DNA of 64,000 nucleotides from an uncultured delta proteobacterium (lineage in GTDB: Bacteria > Desulfobacterota > Binatia > DP-6). Positions 61,085-64,000 of the stretch are shown piece by piece. The position numbers and the translations under genes are program-made. Numbering within the stretch: position 1 is the stretch's first letter; each line of letters opens with the position of its first letter. The DNA lies in contig CAWFFN010000008.1 in NCBI GenBank assembly GCA_963815115.1, positions 640,001 to 704,000 of the forward strand, read 5' to 3'. Below the pieces are notes generated by a model that saw nothing but the letters and a program-made list of their open reading frames with translations, ran no database searches and was not told the DNA's origin.

Positions 61085-62347
61085 TCAGTGTCCGAACAGG
61101 GTGGAGGGGGCCCACAGGATGCTCTTCCACCGCTCGATGATCGGCTCCGGCGTTCCGTGCCCGTGCCGGCCTGCGCGTGGGACATAGCGCACCTGCAACG
61201 CATACTCGTCGCAGAACTGGGCGACCCGGTCCGGCGGACAGTTGACGGGACTGGTGGCGCTCGCGAAATCGGGCGCAGCGATCAGGTTGCGATAGACGGC
61301 GATGCCGGCTGCCGGCGCGAACTGCAGGTTGTTGCCGAGGAACTCGGCGACGTCACCCTCGAAGACGGACGGACCGGAGATCAGGCAGTTGCGGTACCCG
61401 GGTATCGGGCACTGCGGCGCGATGACGACGTCGAAGTACCCCCCAGCGTCCACCTGCACCTCCTCATCGCGCAGGCAGGCCATCGGTCGGGTGAAGGCGG
61501 TGCTGCAGAGCGACCAGTAGCGTGTCTGCTCGGAGCCGTCGCTGCGGCCGAGGTCGTTGACGGCGTCTTCCCGCTGTCGGCGGTACGTCGGGGCCCTGCC
61601 GCTCATGACCACATTGCCCTTCGTCATGTCGTAGAAGAAGAACAGATAGGCGTTATCCTGCGTAGCCGCAGTACCGGCGCCGCCCCCCGCTCGGGTAAGG
61701 GCCGGGGGGCTGCCGATGCCGTCCGGGCCGACCCGATCGGACTCGCCGGAGATCTTTCGCAGCACCGCGTCGGTGGCGTGCCAGCGCGGCGGGCATCCGT
61801 CCGCGCCGACGGGATCCAGCGGACTCCCCGGGGTCGGCGGGCCGGACTGGTCCCCGATCGCGCGGTACGAGACCTTCGGGAGCTCGACCCCGCCGCAGAC
61901 GTCGCCCTCCGGCTCATAGATGCGGTAGAAGATCAGCACCGTGAACGGTGCGACGGATGGGGGCACCGTCAGGCAGTTCTGGACGCCCGTGCAGCTCTGC
62001 CGAACCACGACCTCGTACGTGCCGTCGGGATTTGTCTGGATCTGCGTGTCGTTGAGGCTCGAGAGCTCCGTGCGGCGGGTGCTCACCACCGCGAAGCTCC
62101 AGTAGCGAGCCCGCGGGGCGTTCCCACGCAGCACGGTCTCGCTGCCTTCGGGAGCGTTCCCGTACGAGCGCCAGATCGTCGTGTTGAACGGGTCGCCGAG
62201 CGTGCTCTCCCCGGGCAGGTTCAGGAACTCGAAGAATCGCGGACCGGGGGTCTCCACTGCGCCGACGACCGGCGCCACCAGGCACGCACACATGCCCGCG
62301 AACGCGATCGAGCCGAGCCAGCTCCCGCGGATGCGATGTCCGTCCAT
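61085..62347 (-). CDS. Secreted hypothetical protein (paralog 1)
   Basis: GGAGG RBS, signal peptide, ARYWSF, YRIY, DNAY, RYWSLC, CLRDEEV. Confidence 0.75.
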   Translation of the reverse strand: MDGHRIRGSWLGSIAFAGMCACLVAPVVGAVETPGPRFFEFLNLPGESTLGDPFNTTIWRSYGNAPEGSETVLRGNAPRARYWSFAVVSTRRTELSSLNDTQIQTNPDGTYEVVVRQSCTGVQNCLTVPPSVAPFTVLIFYRIYEPEGDVCGGVELPKVSYRAIGDQSGPPTPGSPLDPVGADGCPPRWHATDAVLRKISGESDRVGPDGIGSPPALTRAGGGAGTAATQDNAYLFFFYDMTKGNVVMSGRAPTYRRQREDAVNDLGRSDGSEQTRYWSLCSTAFTRPMACLRDEEVQVDAGGYFDVVIAPQCPIPGYRNCLISGPSVFEGDVAEFLGNNLQFAPAAGIAVYRNLIAAPDFASATSPVNCPPDRVAQFCDEYALQVRYVPRAGRHGHGTPEPIIERWKSILWAPSTLFGH

Positions 62348-62416
62348 GAGATCCTCCTTACACAGCCCCTCGACACGCGAGGGAGTCCGTCGAGCGCTCC
62401 GTCACCTCCCGGTCCT

Positions 62417-63817
62417 CTAGCGAGCCGTGATCGGCTGGCTCCGCCGCCTCCGGAAGCCACAGCCGAGGCTCTCGAACTCTGCCGGGCTCATGTACGTCGC
62501 GACCGGCAGGTAGTCGCCGATCACCTGCACCTCGGTACCCGGAACGACCACGTTCTGGATCGCCTCGGCAAAGGAGAGGTCGGGCAGCATGTTGCGCATG
62601 AGCAGCAGCCCTTGCGTCGGCCGTCCGGCTCCGTCGCCGTCCGCGCCCCAGTCCAGCCACGCCACCCCGCAGTGCGTGGTGGCGTTCGCCGGCCGATCTT
62701 CGGGCGTGCTGACGACGATCGTATAGAAGCCGTCCTCGTCGAGCGGGACCTGCTCGTCGTAGAGGCAGCCGACGGCCTGCGTCGTCACGAGCGATTCGTT
62801 CTGGCACATCGACCAGTAGCGCAGCTGCGTCCCGCCCTGCATGAACGGGTTCCGCCGGTACGTCTGTGGGGTCGTCGGCATCTTGCCGTACAGGACGACG
62901 ACGTTGTGGGCGTCGGGCGACGGCCCGAAGCGACGGTCGATCGCCGTGGAGGCGTAGGCGTTGTCGATGTTCGCCCACTGGGTCACCGCCTTGGTCGTCG
63001 GACAAGGGGGGAGGGGCAGCCCGGCGGCCGCGAAGAACGGAAACTGCAAGGTGCACCTGTTGAACGCCGCGTACCACCTCGGCGGATTCAACGCCGGGGA
63101 CGTGGGCTGTGCGCCGGGCAGGGTGATCAGCGTGTTGTAGACCGCCGGCGCCATGGTGTCGGGGGACGGGAAGCTCGTGCTGACCTGCAGCACGTCGCAC
63201 GCCTCCTGGCCGGATAGCTGCGTCCCGTCCGCGAGCAGGACCGCCGGCTCGGGCAGCCCACCGTCCCCGGCCAGGTCACGGTTCTTGTCCGGGACGTAGA
63301 CGCGATAGATGAGCTCGACCGGCTGAGCCTCGCCGGGGTTTCCCGTGCCGGCGTAGAGCGTGTTCTGCTCGCGCGGCTGGCCGGCGGACGGCGGGGGATC
63401 GCCGGTCACGGTGACGGTCCACGAGCCGGGATGCGCCGTCCGTTTCGCACCGGGGAGGAAGGGGTTCCTCGATCCCGGGTCGGGCACGATCTGCGTGTCG
63501 TGGATAGCGTCGCTCGGGACGCCCTTGTTGTCCGGCGTCGTGAAATACGAGTTCAGCGACATGTATCGTGCGTGCGGGTAGTCCGCCTGCAACCGCACCC
63601 TCGCGCCCGCCGGGAGCTGGAACCTGTTGTACCAATAGATCGCGTGTGTGTCGGGGAAGCCGATATTGAGCAGGTCGATCGTGATCGGCGGGCTCCAGAA
63701 GCAGCCGCTCGGCGGCGCTTGCGGTTGCGTGGCCGCGCCCGCCCCCCCAGGCGCGAGGACGGCCACCATGCAGGCGGCGGCGATGACCGCGACGGGCCTA
63801 CGACGTGGCTGGTTCAT
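62417..63817 (-). CDS. Secreted hypothetical protein (paralog 2)
   Basis: AGGAGG RBS, signal peptide, ARYMSL, YRVY, DNAY, RYWSMC, CLYDEQV. Confidence 0.78.
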   Translation of the reverse strand: MNQPRRRPVAVIAAACMVAVLAPGGAGAATQPQAPPSGCFWSPPITIDLLNIGFPDTHAIYWYNRFQLPAGARVRLQADYPHARYMSLNSYFTTPDNKGVPSDAIHDTQIVPDPGSRNPFLPGAKRTAHPGSWTVTVTGDPPPSAGQPREQNTLYAGTGNPGEAQPVELIYRVYVPDKNRDLAGDGGLPEPAVLLADGTQLSGQEACDVLQVSTSFPSPDTMAPAVYNTLITLPGAQPTSPALNPPRWYAAFNRCTLQFPFFAAAGLPLPPCPTTKAVTQWANIDNAYASTAIDRRFGPSPDAHNVVVLYGKMPTTPQTYRRNPFMQGGTQLRYWSMCQNESLVTTQAVGCLYDEQVPLDEDGFYTIVVSTPEDRPANATTHCGVAWLDWGADGDGAGRPTQGLLLMRNMLPDLSFAEAIQNVVVPGTEVQVIGDYLPVATYMSPAEFESLGCGFRRRRSQPITAR

Positions 63818-64000
63818 GGATCCTCCTTCTGCCAGGCCGGCGGCCCGCTGTGCGGACCGGCTGATCAATGCACGGTGAGTGAACGCTGACATGCCCGTCA
63901 GAACCTGGACGTGCGTCTGCGCCCCCGGTGGCCCCAGCCGCGGGTTGTAGCACGGCCGCACGCCAGGGACTCGAATTCCTTCTTCGATACGTATTCCCCG

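Noticed and set aside
63650-63670. NIGF-coding stretch as a DGR template repeat
   Set aside because: It lies within an unrelated CDS and has no extended similarity to the candidate variable region.

Overview
High-GC bacterial chromosomal window. The gene content (CarD, sigma-54 regulators, GT9 heptosyltransferase, Lpp/OprI-like lipoproteins, F420-type LLM enzymes, many CoA enzymes) suggests a Gram-negative deltaproteobacteria-related lineage such as Ca. Binatia; this taxonomy is inference only. From left to right: degP/DUF1844; an envelope glycosylation block (GT-C-like membrane protein, DprE1/DprE2-like pair, nucleotidyltransferase-GT2 fusion, GT9); cysK-larE; carD; two alanine-zipper lipoproteins; aspC-coaD-rsmD; and a crotonase/acyl-CoA ligase/crotonase operon bracketed by two desulforedoxin-like mini-proteins that the ORF track missed (the top finding). 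Then come ygfZ-like and MenB/BadI-like genes, assorted hydrolases and methyltransferases, a compositionally atypical membrane protein with tandem DUF5919/PLD-like domains, and three VapBC toxin-antitoxin pairs. Further on are recQ, a sigma-54 two-component system with a divergent EF-hand target, asnB/flippase/FkbM, an FGE/CLec protein whose C-terminus resembles a DGR variable region, an orphan DGQHR operon, dacA, a ThDP enzyme, an M23 peptidase and a frameshifted sigma-54 activator. The window ends with an XRE switch facing a pair of Zn-ribbon genes, tRNA-Thr(CGT), a decaying island with a defective IS256 (IRs plus 8-bp TSD) that splits a methyltransferase gene, and two paralogous secreted proteins. 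No CRISPR array, rRNA, integrase or reverse transcriptase was seen. All family calls come from motif recognition, not database searches.
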